DNA from: Kudoa neothunni
Taxonomy: Eukaryota > Animalia > Cnidaria
DNA: 64,000 nt
Direction of reading: 5' to 3'
Assembly: GCA_964304625.1 (NCBI GenBank)
Contig: OZ199838.1
Span: forward strand, 2,953,947 to 3,017,946
The number at the start of each line of letters is the position of its first letter. Position 1 is the first letter of the stretch. This document shows, one piece after another, positions 49,852-64,000 of this stretch. A program made the position numbers and the translations under genes. The notes under the pieces were generated by a model that saw only the letters and a program-made list of their open reading frames with translations, had not been told where the DNA came from and did no database searches.

Positions 49852-52800
49852 CAAAAAATAAACAAAATCTATCCTAATGGTAACTAATAAGAATCGTGTG
49901 ATTTTCGTAGGTATTGAAGCCAAATTGGCGGAGATAGACCTAACTGGACATTCGGAAGTCATTCAATTTTATGCAAACGAGTACCTGAGTTCCCTTCGCT
50001 TAAAGCTGAAGATGTCTCCATTCCTTTCCAAGGTTGCTAGAGTAGTTCTTTTAACCTACAACAAACAATTTTACAATCCGAATGATTCAGCAGAAAAACA
50101 CCATCTTATCACAGTCGTTATCATCGAAGAAGCCGCTCCCAGGTAATGAATTAGTCACATGTGATTCCATTTGCACTTTCTCTCCTAAAGAGGGGGTCAA
50201 TTGGATAGCATTTTAGAGAACGTCACTTTGGGTGTTGCCATCCGATCGTCCCATTTGTTGTGGAATCTGCGTCCCGAGCTCTTATCAGTTCCGATAACGA
50301 TGACGCAACATTTGTTAGTGGGCCACCTAAAAACCTCTCTACGGTCGGTTCTGACGCGGAACGAGATGAATTAAAATCACTTTTAAATGATATTCGCCGG
50401 GAGTAATCATTTTTATGGTTTAAAAAGCGGTACTTTTCCATTTTTTCTATTTGATATTGATGGGAGTATTAATGTTACGGTTGATCTGGCACTTAATCCG
50501 TGTAAAGACTTAACAGAAAGATTTGCTGCATACGAGGAGCTCTCTTTTGCATCCAAAAAACACAATATTAAATTAGGAATGAATCCGGAATATATAATAA
50601 CGAACTCACGCCCTGTCCCCAGAAATTTCCACCTGGTGATTATATTAAGGATTTAACGCAGCCTGTAAACTGTGTGTGAACTGTAAAATAGGCTAAAAGA
50701 GAAGAACCCCAACCTTTTTATATCAGATAACGAACAAATCATTGAAGATTGTGTTGCAACTGGCAATTCTGAATCATATTCTGACTCTAAAAAGTTTACC
50801 TTGTATAATATTGATTGATGAGTGTGCGGATGAATTTGTTCAATCTGCATGCAATCAACAGTTATCTTTTCTGCAATCTAATCGTCATGCCAATATTGAA
50901 TCTGATACCTTATCAATCGGAACTACTGATGAGCAAGTTGGGAAGCCATCAGTGAAACAACCGTAATACGCGTGGACAATCCGAATGAACTGACGGACTT
51001 TTCCCTCTCGAACGTTCTTCCGATTTAGCATCCAATCTCAAAGAAAACTCAATTGATATTAATTCTACGGCGCTAGTCAATAACAAAAATTTTTCAAATC
51101 CACTTTTATCAATGATACTAGTGAATCTAGCTTTTTGTTCTCTTAACTCATCAATTTCGTGCGCAACTTTTGAAAATGAAAACACCGTTGAACCATCTAT
51201 TTTTGAAATCTAAAACACATAAACTTAAGCGTGATAGGTGTGGGTAAACTAATACCAACCATCATTATGCAAGAGTTTAATTAAGTCAAGTGAAACGCTA
51301 GCGCCACCTTTAGAGCGGCCATCCTCGACAGTTAAATCAGTTATAATGTTGAACAGCCTTGTTTAAACGAGAATAAATGTGCGATTTTAAATGAAGCACA
51401 ATCTATTAATGTTGTTGATAATAATAAAGTTAATTCCAATGTTAAAAATGTAGTAATTAATGAGAAATCGAGTTTGCCTAATAAAACAAGTGCTGCTGCG
51501 TTTGATGAAGCTGTTGTAGGATTGGATAATTATCACCTAGATACCCCAAAGTGCATTTTATGCATTAAAACCCCCGTCTAACAAACTACAAAAGCGCAAA
51601 ATACAGCAAGTTGATTATTTCCTTTCGGAGGCACGCATACAGTCCATCAAGAAAAGTCCGTCAAGTTTGTAGAACTTGACTATAAAGACATTAAGATAAT
51701 GGAGGACGTAAACTGATCACGAGTTGCACGCCATTTTCGTTCCTCCTCCCCCTAGTTATTTGAAAGAAAAAAGGTCCAAAGTTGTGTCGAAAACTATAGA
51801 GGCACCTTGCACGCCATCCATTCCGGATGAGATCCTCGAAGGTTTAGATACAAGGGAACGCCAGGTGCGCATTTCAAAAAAGAGCCGCGGAGTTTCGTAA
51901 GAAACGTACCGAGGTGCTTGAGCGTGCTACAAGCGATTTCAGGGCAATCCTGGATTCCCACCCCGACTCGTCCGTGCAAAGCCTATACAGCAATTTCATA
52001 GAAACGGCGTATACAGCGGCTAAAGAATTGAGAATGGTTTACCATGCTCAAGTCAAAGATAAAAGAAACGCCAGCCAAAAATCTGAAGACTCAAATCTTC
52101 AGCCAACATCTCTCCCTCTTAATGAGGATGTCCCCAATAAGTCTTCCCAAGCTTCGCGCGATTTAAAACTAATGTCAATGAAACCAAACGATTAAGGATT
52201 CTGTACAGAAACAATCAGAAAAGCCTCATTTCATTCAAATCTTCCACCGAGTTATGACGAATTTAACACGAATCTGCAAAAACCTACAAATTCCCCCTTC
52301 TACACTTCATAAAGCTTAACTTGGTAAAAACTTACATGAACCCAACATTGAGTTTTCGATGAAGAATAACATTCTTCGCATCGAAGATCTTAAAAAGGTG
52401 GATCGTGTCAAAGAATTCAGTCAGTTCGTGGCTTTCGATGCTTAGAACTCGACTTTGCATATCTCCGACTCGCCTGCTCCATGAATCTCATCCATTATAG
52501 GGATGAGAGGATTGAGAAACTTGCGGAGCATGAAATTACAGCCATTGTCGATAAGAGGACCGACAACAGTCTCTCCTCCGAGGAATAATTTAACCGGGAT
52601 CACGAGTTGATGGCAGCCAGGGATATCCGCAGTATCTTCTAGAGCATCCGCTTGAATGCTAAATCCCTTGGCTTGCAAGTTCGGCAAGTTGATGATCAAT
52701 CTTCTTCCAAGATTGACATTGACCCAGAATATTTGCTTGATCCCTCTCATGTGTCTCCTTACCAACAATAACAATGTGGTGAAAACTCGGATTCGTCGTC

Positions 52801-53650
52801 TTCGGTGGTATGTTCAAGTTCAATTTTCTGGATACTTTTAAGTCCCAGACTGTTCAGGGACGCTCCGTTGGTAGCAAACTTGCAAACTCATGGATAACGC
52901 ATGGCGATGTTTCTCCTTATGTATACCGTTTTGGGAATCCTTGGGCGAATGAATGCACTGCCAACGAAGTACGTGTTGCAGACACGTAGACTTGCCCCCT
53001 AATGCCTACTGCAGACCTTGCTTTAGGGGAAACGGAACTCCTTGGACACGTCCTTGGTGGCTACATGTTCGGCGAAAGAGAAAGGTCCGCCCGACATAAC
53101 CATGTTACGGATTTGCTCTGCGAACAGATAAAACCCAATAAAAATTGGGTTCTATTCCAAGACACGATTTTCCCCACAAATTCGAAGCAACCGACGCCCA
53201 GATATGTCCTCTTGAACGAGAAGGAGACAAGCAGGTACTTATCTGCGAGCTTTCCATCACCTTTGAGTCTGATGCCGACCGTTTGAAGCAAGTCCACGCG
53301 CATAAAGTGGCGAAGGTATGTTAATGAGCAGTCTCAATGGAGAGAACTCGGTTATTCATGCACTCTACACGCCCCTGTTTTTGGTGCCCTTGGCGCTCAT
53401 TTCGATGAAAACCAAGTGGGTTTATAAAGAGCTTTTCATAAAGAATAAACGCAAGGTCACACAACTCCAAAAACAATCACCCGATCAGTCATCCTGGACT
53501 CTTCCAATATTTGGAGAGCCCATGTCCACGACAACAAAGCAACTATGCACGGAATGTTTGGTGCCGTTGGTCCTTCTCAACCAAACAAAATTCAACTACC
53601 TCCAAGGTCTACTGAAGTCAATAACGACCTAAATCTTAATTCCTTGAAAA
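49852..53650 (+). mobile_element. RLE non-LTR retrotransposon, element 2 (diverged relative, RT core deleted)
   Basis: ATG 49877 with homologous N-terminal domain and AIFVPPPPSY motif. Sequence jumps at about 52215 directly to the post-RT thumb (NLPPSYDEFNTNL..MKNNILRIEDLKKVDR), then LGHVLGG, RHNHV, ICELSITFE, IWRAHV. Confidence 0.9.
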
Positions 53651-55370
53651 TATCGTGGCGATGACTAAATCACAATCAACTCCTATTGTCGAGATCTCTG
53701 ATGATACCCCAAATCTCAATCAAAACCTCTTGTATCTTAAAAGACCATATAAATATAAATAAACACGATTCATCAATACCTAGTAATAGTGAGGATGATG
53801 ATGTGATACTTTGCGAAAGTGAAGCTATCACCAAACCATCCCAACCACACCTCAACTCTCATGTACCACTTCCAAATCAAACTCCAACACAAGAGACATC
53901 CAAAACAGCAATGTTTGGTTATTACGAGGATAAAAAACCCTATCCGAAATCAAGCAAACGTACGTTAATGACTTGCACGCTTTTCTAACCAAGCACAACA
54001 ATGACTCCGTTCTGACATTAAATGAATTCTATGATGAATTCATACGTTTATCAACTGCACAAGTACAATTACTAATGATATATTACCTTCCAGAGCGCCC
54101 AACTCCAAATCGACCACCCAACATTAGAAGAAACGAGCAAAACGTGGTCCCCGAAGACTTTCAACGAACATCCCGAAGATAAAAACTAAACAACTCCCAC
54201 AAAAATCAACAATTCCCCTGACAAAACCATAGTGATTGAAGAGGAAACATTTAACAACGTTCAACAGGAAGCGTCCAACACACAAAATTCTCAAATTAAT
54301 ACCAAAACAAACCAAATTCAAAATCACTCTGCGCAAGATCAGTGAACAGTGACGAAGCAATCCCGACTTCGATCCCTCCTTAATTCAACACAACAGAATG
54401 CTGTGCGTGAAATAACTGATCCAACACCGACTTGGTGTAGAGCCCCGGCTGATGAAATAGTTAATCTTTCATTTTTTTCTGCCTAGAAACCTCCAGAAGA
54501 ACTTCGAGACCCATTTAATCGGAATAAGCTGTTAAATAAACACCGCTAATCCATCGAATCAGAAAAGATTAAATCAATTCCAATTTCAGTTCTGATCAAA
54601 CACTCGGAACAAAACCAACCAATTCTCAACACTGATTCCAATGAATTTAACGACAAAACTGATATTTCCTCAACAGCAAAAACCACGATATCTCAATCAG
54701 ACAAATCGAACAATTCGAAAATAATGTTCTAATCAAATTCTAATAACAAATCAAACAAAAAGTCATCCAACATTCCAAATATAAATCCATACATTTACAC
54801 AACCAATTCCGATTTATTATTCGTTCCGACCCTAAATAAATTCACACCAAGCCCAACCACTAGCAAAACTCAATCAAATCAATTTCTATCTTTAGAATCA
54901 TTAGAGGCTAAAGACCAAAATCATCATCATCAAAACACCAATCCGGATTGGAAATCAATTTATCCTGACAACTATTACACACTATTCCAATTCGATGAGG
55001 AAAACACAATCAGAGCAAACCAAAATGCAAAATCAGACACCATCTCTGGCACGGATGGGATTCACATGAAGTTTTGGGAATGTTTACCCAATTTGGATGT
55101 TGTCCTCACTCCAATCTTCAATAAAATTCTCAATTCAACAGTGGAGTGGTGCCGAAACAATGGTTTGAGGCTAAAATGATTTTAATCCCAAAGATAGAAT
55201 TACCAGATCCCAACTCCACAGTTGACTACAGGCCCATATGTATTACACAAACATTATATAGAATATTCATATCAGCTCTAAACACTAATTCAGAACATCA
55301 ATCACATTATCAGTGAATTAGAAAGGATTTCAACCGGGAGAGGTGTGTGGAGCATGCTTTATCGCTGTAA
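53650..55370 (+). mobile_element. Third RT-bearing unit of the same lineage, truncated at both ends
   Basis: Helical block LHAFLTKHNNDSV..FYDEFIRLS..LMIYY, low-complexity linker, then AKSDTISGTDGIHMKFW, PKQWFEAKMILIPK, DYRPICITQTLYRIF, KGFQ..CVEHALSL; stops abruptly at about 55370. Confidence 0.85.
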
Positions 55371-56465
55371 AAAATCTTCCATAACTTTTCTCCATTGAAA
55401 CTTACTGTTTTGTTTTTTTCCGAAATGTTTAATTTTCTCTAATGAGTCATGATTTTAATAATATAGACGCCATCTTTGATGAATGGGAGGACTATGATAA
55501 TTTATTTTTAAAAATTATCGATTACATATATAATAGTTTAGACAGACGATAACTCAGGGGGTGATTATATACGAACATAACAAACATTAATCTAGAATTT
55601 AAGATAAGTACAACCAGCTTACACTGGTACACTTTATTGAAAAATATTATCCAACTCATGCAACAAAAGCTTTTAACCATGTGATAAAGGAGGAATCTAC
55701 ATTAAATTGAATCGGTTTGTTCTGCATCGGGGCGGCAAACAAAAACAAACTAATGTTTACCGTTTCAAAGCAATCACCCAATTTTAAATTCCACGATGTG
55801 GTATGCACAATCGCAAATATGGAAACTCCTACTGAAGTTGCGTTAGAATTATACAACATTCTGGGTGACGTTGTAATTAAAAAAATCATATTTGGCATGT
55901 ACACATCGATATGACGAGGGATAAACAATTTTGATTGTACAGCAAACTCTCTTATTGCATCGGCTACCCAAAATGAGTCAATTCCATGTGACATTTTTCT
56001 TGATTTCACAAAATCAATACATAGGATTGCAACGTCGTCATATGTCATCTGTGATGCAGCTGATCCCAGAAAGTTGTATTCAAGAACAAAAATTTTAATT
56101 TTGTTATTTTTCTGTTATCACAAAATGACCACATTTGATATACGCCCACATTAATCTGCTCACGCTAAAAAATTACGCTTTTTTGTAAAAATATACTAAT
56201 ACAATTAATCACTAGGTTAATACCGTTATAAGTATAATGATCGCTCCTATAGTCGCACTAAGAAAATGTGTTAATCTGAAATGACTTTTGGAAGCACCTC
56301 TAACTGTTCAAAGTGTAAAAAAGATAGGTCTTCACATTTGATGTGAAAATTAAAACTTTAGTTCAGATTTAGTAGAGTAAAACATATATTCAAACAAGGG
56401 AATGGCGAAAGTTAGCCGTAGATATTTTTATGCGCTCGTATCAGTATCACGCCTGCGCACAAAAA

Positions 56466-57870
56466 TGAGTGAAAATATTGAAAATTCTTTCAAATTTTTA
56501 ACACTCGCAGAATTAATGGCATGATCCTATACAAAGGTCATCCCAACGTGAAGGATTGCCAAAAAATCTACAAATACTAAAGATATCAAATTAAGGAAGT
56601 GTAGAGGGAGATTATAAACTTCTCTCTCTGTTGACATTGATTCCCTTTCACAAATTGGATTTCATAGTCATAATTGATGATGAGGATACGAAAAAGAAAA
56701 CGTTCCAACAGAAAATACGGTGTACCAAACCAGAAAAGTTTATTTCGTTGTTTCAACTGAAGAAAATTTAAATAATATTAACGCTTGCTTTAAAATGTCG
56801 ATTAATAAAAATATACAAATTATTCCTATGCGACAAAATATCAAAACTATCCCAATTTTCGACTGATACAACGAATTAAAAACAAACGAAGGACTCCCGC
56901 TTATATGACTCAGGATCAGAAGACAATCAACGAATTATTATTTTCACGACAGAAAAAAAATTAATGCGTTTGAGAAATTCAGATTTCTGGATGACTAATG
57001 GTACATTTAATGTTGTTCCATAAGACTATAGTCAACTGTACACCATCCATGGGACTGCCTTCTACAAAGTTTTTCCACTGGTGTATATTTGAATGAGTGA
57101 TAAATTACAGGAGATTAACAAAAAGTTACTTAAGATTTTAGCAGAGAAAGGAAAAGTCGCACCACCGAAGAACACAATTATTGATTTTGAATTGGCCGAG
57201 TATAATGAATGCTTTCAGAAAAATTTTGGTCGAATTCAATCTATTCATGTTTTTTCCACTTTGGACAATTTTATATATTATGGTACAACAATCAGGCTGT
57301 TGAAGGAGTATATAACCGTCGAAGGTATCAAATTATTTGTTAAATGAATATCTCTTACATTTGTACCTCCTAATTCCATCCTTTACCAATTTGAGAAACT
57401 AAAAATAAAATCAAAAAAGTTTGAGAAATCTGACAAAATTGTTAATGGGATACTTTCAACAAAATTTCATCCAAAATACCCTTCTTAGTAGCATGGAATG
57501 CTTACGATTGAGTCCTAAACAATATTAAACTTACCTCAAATTCGGCGGAAATTTTTAATTGTCATTTTTAATCACGGTTCGAGCAATCCCACTCTGGAAT
57601 ACTCGTTTTTATTTAAAAACTGAAGGAACATCAGAGTATTGTGAACAGGACATTTTATACCGAATTTGTAACCCAAACTATGAATTAAATGAAAATAAAC
57701 TTAAACATATTTTAACTGAAAACCACTTCGATGAGGAAATCGCAAATAAAATTGATCCGTGCGGATAGCAACACCCACAAGGTATTCGTACACATGTGGA
57801 AACAAGAAATTAACAATGAACGTATTAAATTAAATAAAGGTGCCATCGATCTAATGCGTAATTTAACGAA
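56466..57870 (+). pseudogene. MULE (Mutator) transposase remnant
   Basis: RIIIFTT, FWMTNGTFNVV..YSQLYTIHG, FPLVYI, PPKNTIIDFELA, CFFHFGQ-like motifs in broken frames. Confidence 0.85.
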
Positions 57871-60800
57871 ATTTTAAAATTATATATAACAGGAAACGTT
57901 CAAATAAAATCTTAAAATTTGATTTATAGACTCTGTTGTCGGACAATTTTTATTCGAAAAAATTAGATATGTCGCCTTATTTCTGTTACGTACTCTTTAA
58001 TTTTCTCCGCATTGCTTTTTTAAAAGATTTTATCTTGTAAATCAAATAGTATCGGAAGTAAGTTATAATTATAAAGTCAAATAAAACGACCGAAAATTCC
58101 ACGATTTTAAAAAATTATATTATAAATTCTCTTTAAAAATCTTTATAATAAAAAGTTTAACGAATGAAATACTTGTTTCCTTCTACTGGCAAACTTACAG
58201 TAACGAACAGTAAATCCGGGATTTCGATAAAATATTTTTGGATTAAACTCGGAAATCCACTGTGAAATTCCATGAAATGCTAAGAATCGGCATTTACACA
58301 ATTAAATATTACATCTTAAATCTCTAAATCATCAATTATTAGAAGATAATATATATACCTCGGTACAAGTGTGTTTTCTTAAAAATCGATAGATGCTTTT
58401 CTCTGTGAAGGCACAAAAATTATTAAAATAACTAACAATAATAATTTTTTAAAATTTAAGGTTTTTAGGTCGATCCCAATCCAAACGTCAAATTATTACG
58501 GGAATTCTGATATTTAGGGATGGCTTAAATTTGTCTATCTAAAATTGGATTCAAATTATTCGGATTTAGGGTCCACGCGAATCACACACTCCGGACAGGG
58601 AATGTTAAAAAACAAGCTTCAGAATTAAATAAATATTGAAAACAATTCCTCTAAAATGTGTCGAAATTTTTTTTATTTTAAACCATCATTATTTAGTATG
58701 CATAATAAAATATCCTTAAAATGAAATTAAAAAATTTTGTTCAAAAAATATATATCGGCTAAATTATTAACAAGCATTTTCGAACATTAGTGTCACCTAT
58801 TCGGATGGTATTATTAATTCGTCAAACGTTTCCATTGTCGATTCATCACTCATTCATACATTTAATTAAGTTCATTATACTCAATATTAATAAATATTTT
58901 TAAAACAATTATTCACATGATTATAAACTTTAGCTCTAGTTGGTTAATTTTACGATATTTAAACTTTTAAAAGATACCGTAAATAACTTTGTTATTGTTA
59001 CTAATATTTATTAACATAATGATACCAATATCCATTGCAAAAAACAAATACTGTTATTTTACCATTTATAATTAAAACGATATCTTAATTAATTAAACCA
59101 AATTGCTCCCATAAATTTGATATTAATTAATTGGTAAATTATGATAAGAATTTTAAAGATAAAATAATAACAATCACTATAATCGAACGAAAACGAAAAT
59201 CCTATAAAAAATTATCTCACCACATATAGCTAGATAAATAATGATAATAAAATCTTTCAGAGCAAATTTAAAGATTAACTGTCAAAAATTAATATCATTA
59301 TCTATTGGATTATTTAATCGATAGAAGAAAGTATTTCACATGGCTATATAATAAGCTTCATCGAATAACATCATTAATAATATTTGACGAATATTTTTAT
59401 AGGGATGCGGTATGTCATATTTGACTAATATGCACTTACTTAATAAAGTTAAAGCGGAATATTTCGACTGAAAAATATTTTACCAATATTTATTTAATGA
59501 ATCTAGTGAACTTAACCAACTTTTATTTAATATTAATATTAATGGAAATATATGTATAAATATTTTATATTCAATTAAACATCAAACAAATCAATCAATT
59601 CATCGACAAAACGTCTTAAGATCCTAGTACATATTAAATCATCATTTATTGTTAATTCTAATTTTTAAGGATAATAAGCGAGTTCTTATGAATAGAAAAT
59701 GAAATGTTAAATTTTTAACCACGTTAATCATTTATTATTATTGGTTTTAAAAATTAAAACGTCGGTTAAAAATAACTTTCATTTTTATATTCGTAAATTT
59801 TTGATGTATATTATGTTAAATAATGAACTACTTAAAACACTATTACAGAAGTTTTTATTATTATCAACAAATATTAGATATTTCCATGAATTAGCCAAAA
59901 AACTAAACCAAATGGATAAAATAATATATACAGTTGAGGTTCGATATTGCTTAATTTTTGGGACCGAGGAAAAATTACGTAATAAAAAGGTTTTTACGCA
60001 ACGCCGAGACACGCACATACAAAGGAATATACTTTTTTGTACACGTTTTAAATGATTATCTTATTTCCAATAAACGTTAATTACCTAAAATATAAGAACA
60101 TTATGTTAAACCAATAATATCAATTTTATATATAGGGATTCAGTTATTTTATATTAATACAACTTTTGGGTTAATATTTGTAATATTAGATCCATTATTG
60201 GATGGAGATCGAAGATTATTGACAGGTCTTTTCAAATAAATGCATCCTTTAAATTACGTACGGCATGTTTCATAACTTTACCGAAACTTTAATTTGTTTG
60301 ATCGTCATCAAATTTGATATCATTCTCAATTGAATTTGTGTGGTTGATACGACCTCGTAATTTTATAAAATTTAAAAATTACAGTTTTAATCTATAGTTG
60401 GGGTTTTTCACAAATTTTATTTCTTTTCGTCATCCATGTCATATCACAATAGACATAATTTTAGATGTTTGAACAAGTTTTTAATTTCGCATAAAATGTA
60501 GGATCTTTTAAAAAATTTTACAACAACTTCTGGTGAAATGCTGTCTAATACTGATTGAGAGTCAAAATTGTATCAAGGAAAGTATATTTAGTATTCAACG
60601 TATTAACACATCACATCTTATGGCCCCACATTATTTCTTATATATACATTAAAGAAATGAAATCATTCTTAGACTTAGTGGTTACAAAACACCTGTTGTA
60701 TTTTTAAATAAAAAGAGAAGCTTTAAATTTCTTCAACAGTAAGTATTTCGGATGTACTGAGAATGGGCTCAAGAAGATTTATATTTTTAGTTTCTGATTT

Positions 60801-61824
60801 CATTTTATAATTAACCTTTTCCATTATCTCGAGAAAATAACGTAAATCAATCAGGAATTTTTTTGGAGCATAATACTCATAAAGTAAATTTTAGACTCTA
60901 AAACAAGTCGGATTTTAGCGCTTTTTAAATATGAATAAAAAAATTGTTTTTCAACTTGAAGCGCATGATACTAAAATAGATATCCATTCTTGAATGCTTT
61001 CTATCATTGTCACTTTCTTTAATACACGACTGTTGTTCTGTAATTGTTAATAAAACAAGACAGTTTTATCAATATTTATTGTCTCTTGGGATATACGTGT
61101 ATATCCAATTTTTATTCTCAAAAACACGAATCAATAGATACAAGGATAATGCTAACAGTTTCACGATGAAAATGTTTACAAATGATATCAAATGTTTTAT
61201 TAAACTCCTCTAACCCCCTACCTTACACTTTTCTACATTTTAAACGTCGTTCATTTTTAAATGATGGTCCTATTTCTAGAATTGTCTCCAGATATAATGT
61301 AACAATTCGTGCGGCTTTTGATAAACCCATCCATCACTGTTGTTGAATCTTCCATTTGGATGCATCTTTCTACTTCTTATGAAATATTCAGTTTGATTTA
61401 ATGACAAACAAATCCGCCAAGAATTGAATGTCTCTGAAGATAAATATTAAAATAGAATAAAACTAAGCCATTAAATAGAAATTTCTCAAACGTCATTTTC
61501 TTGGTATCTTTTATTGTTTTTATTCAATTGAAATATTGAATTTTTCCGATATTCGTAGAATTACCACGCTGTTTTCTCCACATATTGAAGATAAAATCAC
61601 GCAATATCGAGTTTTCTTGATATTTTTGTTACGCAATACTGAGACATGGACACATGACATATAAACATTTTTTTGGTTTTTTTTAAATGAGAAACTTATA
61701 AATTGTAATTACGATAATATTTTACAATTAGATCCAATGTAATTATTATCATAATGAAAATCTTAAATTACGCAACATTTAATCTCGATTGTATTGTTAA
61801 AATATATTTGTATTAATTTAAGAT

Positions 61825-61874
61825 CAATTATTTATTAACCAAAATTATACAATTATTTATTAACCAAAATTATA
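61825..61874. repeat. Perfect 25-bp tandem duplication
   Basis: caattatttattaaccaaaattata x2. Confidence 0.9.
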
Positions 61875-64000
61875 CCAATTCGCGATCTATATTTATTCTT
61901 CCTTATGAATTAATTGATTCATCCAAAAAACATAGCGCAATCATTATATATTAAATACATGGCAGGTGTACTATTTTATTTAATGATTAAAAAAATCCAA
62001 TTCAGAATATAGGATTACTTTTAATTATTCGTCAATAATTAAGAATATAGCATGTTACTTAATGAATGAAAAATCTATCAAACAAAAAATTAAAAAATTC
62101 TAATTTAGATGTAACGTAACCACTATTTTTTATCATTTTGCACAAAATCATTTGTAGTTGTAGTTGTAGACCTGAAAAATCGTATAGGTTTAACGACAAA
62201 ACTAAGGTAATCCGACTCGCTGGATATTTTAAATGCGAGGCAACATTGTCGTTAAAAGTAATAAGAAATTAAAAAAAACCCTTTGTTGTTTTATGAGCAT
62301 ATTGAAAAAAATCACTTGATCACTGTACGCAAGAGAATAAGGGGAGGAATTCCACTATTTGTTTATCAGATTTAAGATCTAAACCAAGAATTCATACATC
62401 AGAATGGATGCGAAATGATCATTCAATATCAAATTTGATGGCATTCTAAGGGGTTTGAAAATTTATAGTTAATCATACTGCCAACTTAGCCTTAAAATTA
62501 AACCTGTATGTTAAATCCGCTAGACAGGAATTTTTCAGTCTCCAATATTATTGAAGTATTCTGGTATATTCGTGATTGATCTTCACGGATGCCCTCGTGA
62601 GTTCATGTATGCAACTGGAATACATGTCTTAATTAAAAAGGAAATTGAGAAGATAGACCGTTCGACAAAATGTATAAACGTAGGAGAAAGTCTGGAATTT
62701 AAAGTATTCATAATAGCAATATTAAACTAAATAAAGATTTGGCTTTATTTATACGGATAATGAAAATTTGAGTCCAACTGGAAAAAAGGCTGTCAAAAAA
62801 AACATAAGATTGAAGAAATTAACATTATTATAAAAATAAAATAAATTTTGGAAAGTCATAATGAAATTATAGAAATAAACGATTAGGAAGATATTGAAAT
62901 AAAAAGTAAATCTTTGAATGCTGAAAATAAACAGTAACGTGAACCGGTATTTGAAACCTCGAATAATCAGGTTGTACTACAATATTCCGACGACCCTAAT
63001 AAAAAAGTATTTTTTTAAATGTAGGGGTAACTAAAAATTTCCGAATCCGAAATACAAAGCCATATACATATTCTCTGAAAATCCATAAAATTTGAAGAGA
63101 ATAAACCAGGTTATTGAGGTAATTTCAATAATCATTCAATAACTTAAAAAAACAATTAAGCTAAAGAGAAATATAAAATACATTTCAATTAAAGTGATTT
63201 TATACAAGAATATATGAAAGTTATGTTAATTGCAGTTCTTACTTTTATTATAAAAATTTTATTGAATACACAACTAATGTGTAATAAGCGATGTTAATTG
63301 CACATTCCTGATTCTATTGGCATATATATATCAATATTATGAAATTAGTACAATTACGTTCAATATAAAAGATTGATGGAATATACAAAATTTATAGAAA
63401 TGAATGTAATAATTGATACTAGAAAACAACGAAATTTTACAAATAAACAATGATATATGTTAATTTATGAATGATAAGAATATAATTAAAGATGATTTAA
63501 AAAAAATAAATATTAAAAAAGTTTTATTGCTAATGAATCTATAACAATTTGTTTTGAATTGTTGTCGATTTCAAAGAAATCTTCATGACATATTGTTTAT
63601 AAGAATTTAATATATTACCAAAATATGAAAGAAATAAAAAGGAATGGAGGGATTAACGTTGAAGGAAACCAAAAGATCAACTTTTTAAAGAAGTGGGCAA
63701 TTTGAAGCAATGGGAACAACTTTATGCGAACGGTAAGAACAAGCATGAATGGCAAAAGAAGTTTAGATGACTTATTTTCAATATACATAATTCAAATAAA
63801 AAACTATAAAGTCATTTCTCTTTCACAGAAAGTATTCTTTCATTTAATTCGAACAATGGCTGCAGTATAAAACATCATAATAAAATATTTGAAAATCATA
63901 ACACATTATATAATACACTGGATATTGTTGAATGAGAGTTTAGAAACAATTTTTTGTACATATAAATATGAGTATAACTAACTAAAGTATAGCATAATTA

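Noticed and set aside
52231-52262. Second conserved PPxY motif (LPPSY in element 2 vs SPPSY at about 46620 in element 1)
   Set aside because: The element 2 sequence aligns with DLPPCFEEF in the element 1 thumb region, so the positions are not homologous.
60200-63000. Slightly GC-richer coding-like patches
   Set aside because: No consistent frame, splice pattern or recognisable motif.

Overview
Very AT-rich eukaryotic genomic window with short GT-AG introns (about 30-110 nt). The organism cannot be established here; a compact-intron parasite such as a myxozoan is a guess. Host genes: (i) five dispersed minus-strand paralogs (1758-2679, 3885-4820, 9467-10407, 34498-35452, 39958-40917) with an identical 8-exon structure, encoding about 190-200 aa putatively secreted proteins whose six conserved Cys and flanking motifs read as a circularly permuted saposin (swaposin-like) domain with no protease attached; (ii) a multi-exon type I membrane protein gene (14174-16466); (iii) a tRNA-Met(CAT) gene at 43444-43520. 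Directly behind the tRNA lies a head-to-tail array of diverged RT + restriction-like-endonuclease (RLE) non-LTR retrotransposons (about 43.5-55.4 kb). The junction between elements 1 and 2 is a 73-nt copy of the tRNA 3' half plus terminator, starting in the anticodon loop. This suggests a tRNA-Met-targeting element whose insertion leaves or rebuilds an intact tRNA. The rest is decayed DNA transposons (several piggyBac lineages and a MITE, Merlin/ISXO2-like, Tigger/pogo, MULE, Tc1/IS630), solo-LTR-like and tRNA-like fragments, and interlocking near-identical inverted duplications at 11.2-21.2 kb. Gene models and translations were done by eye. Many frameshifts could be assembly indel errors rather than real decay.
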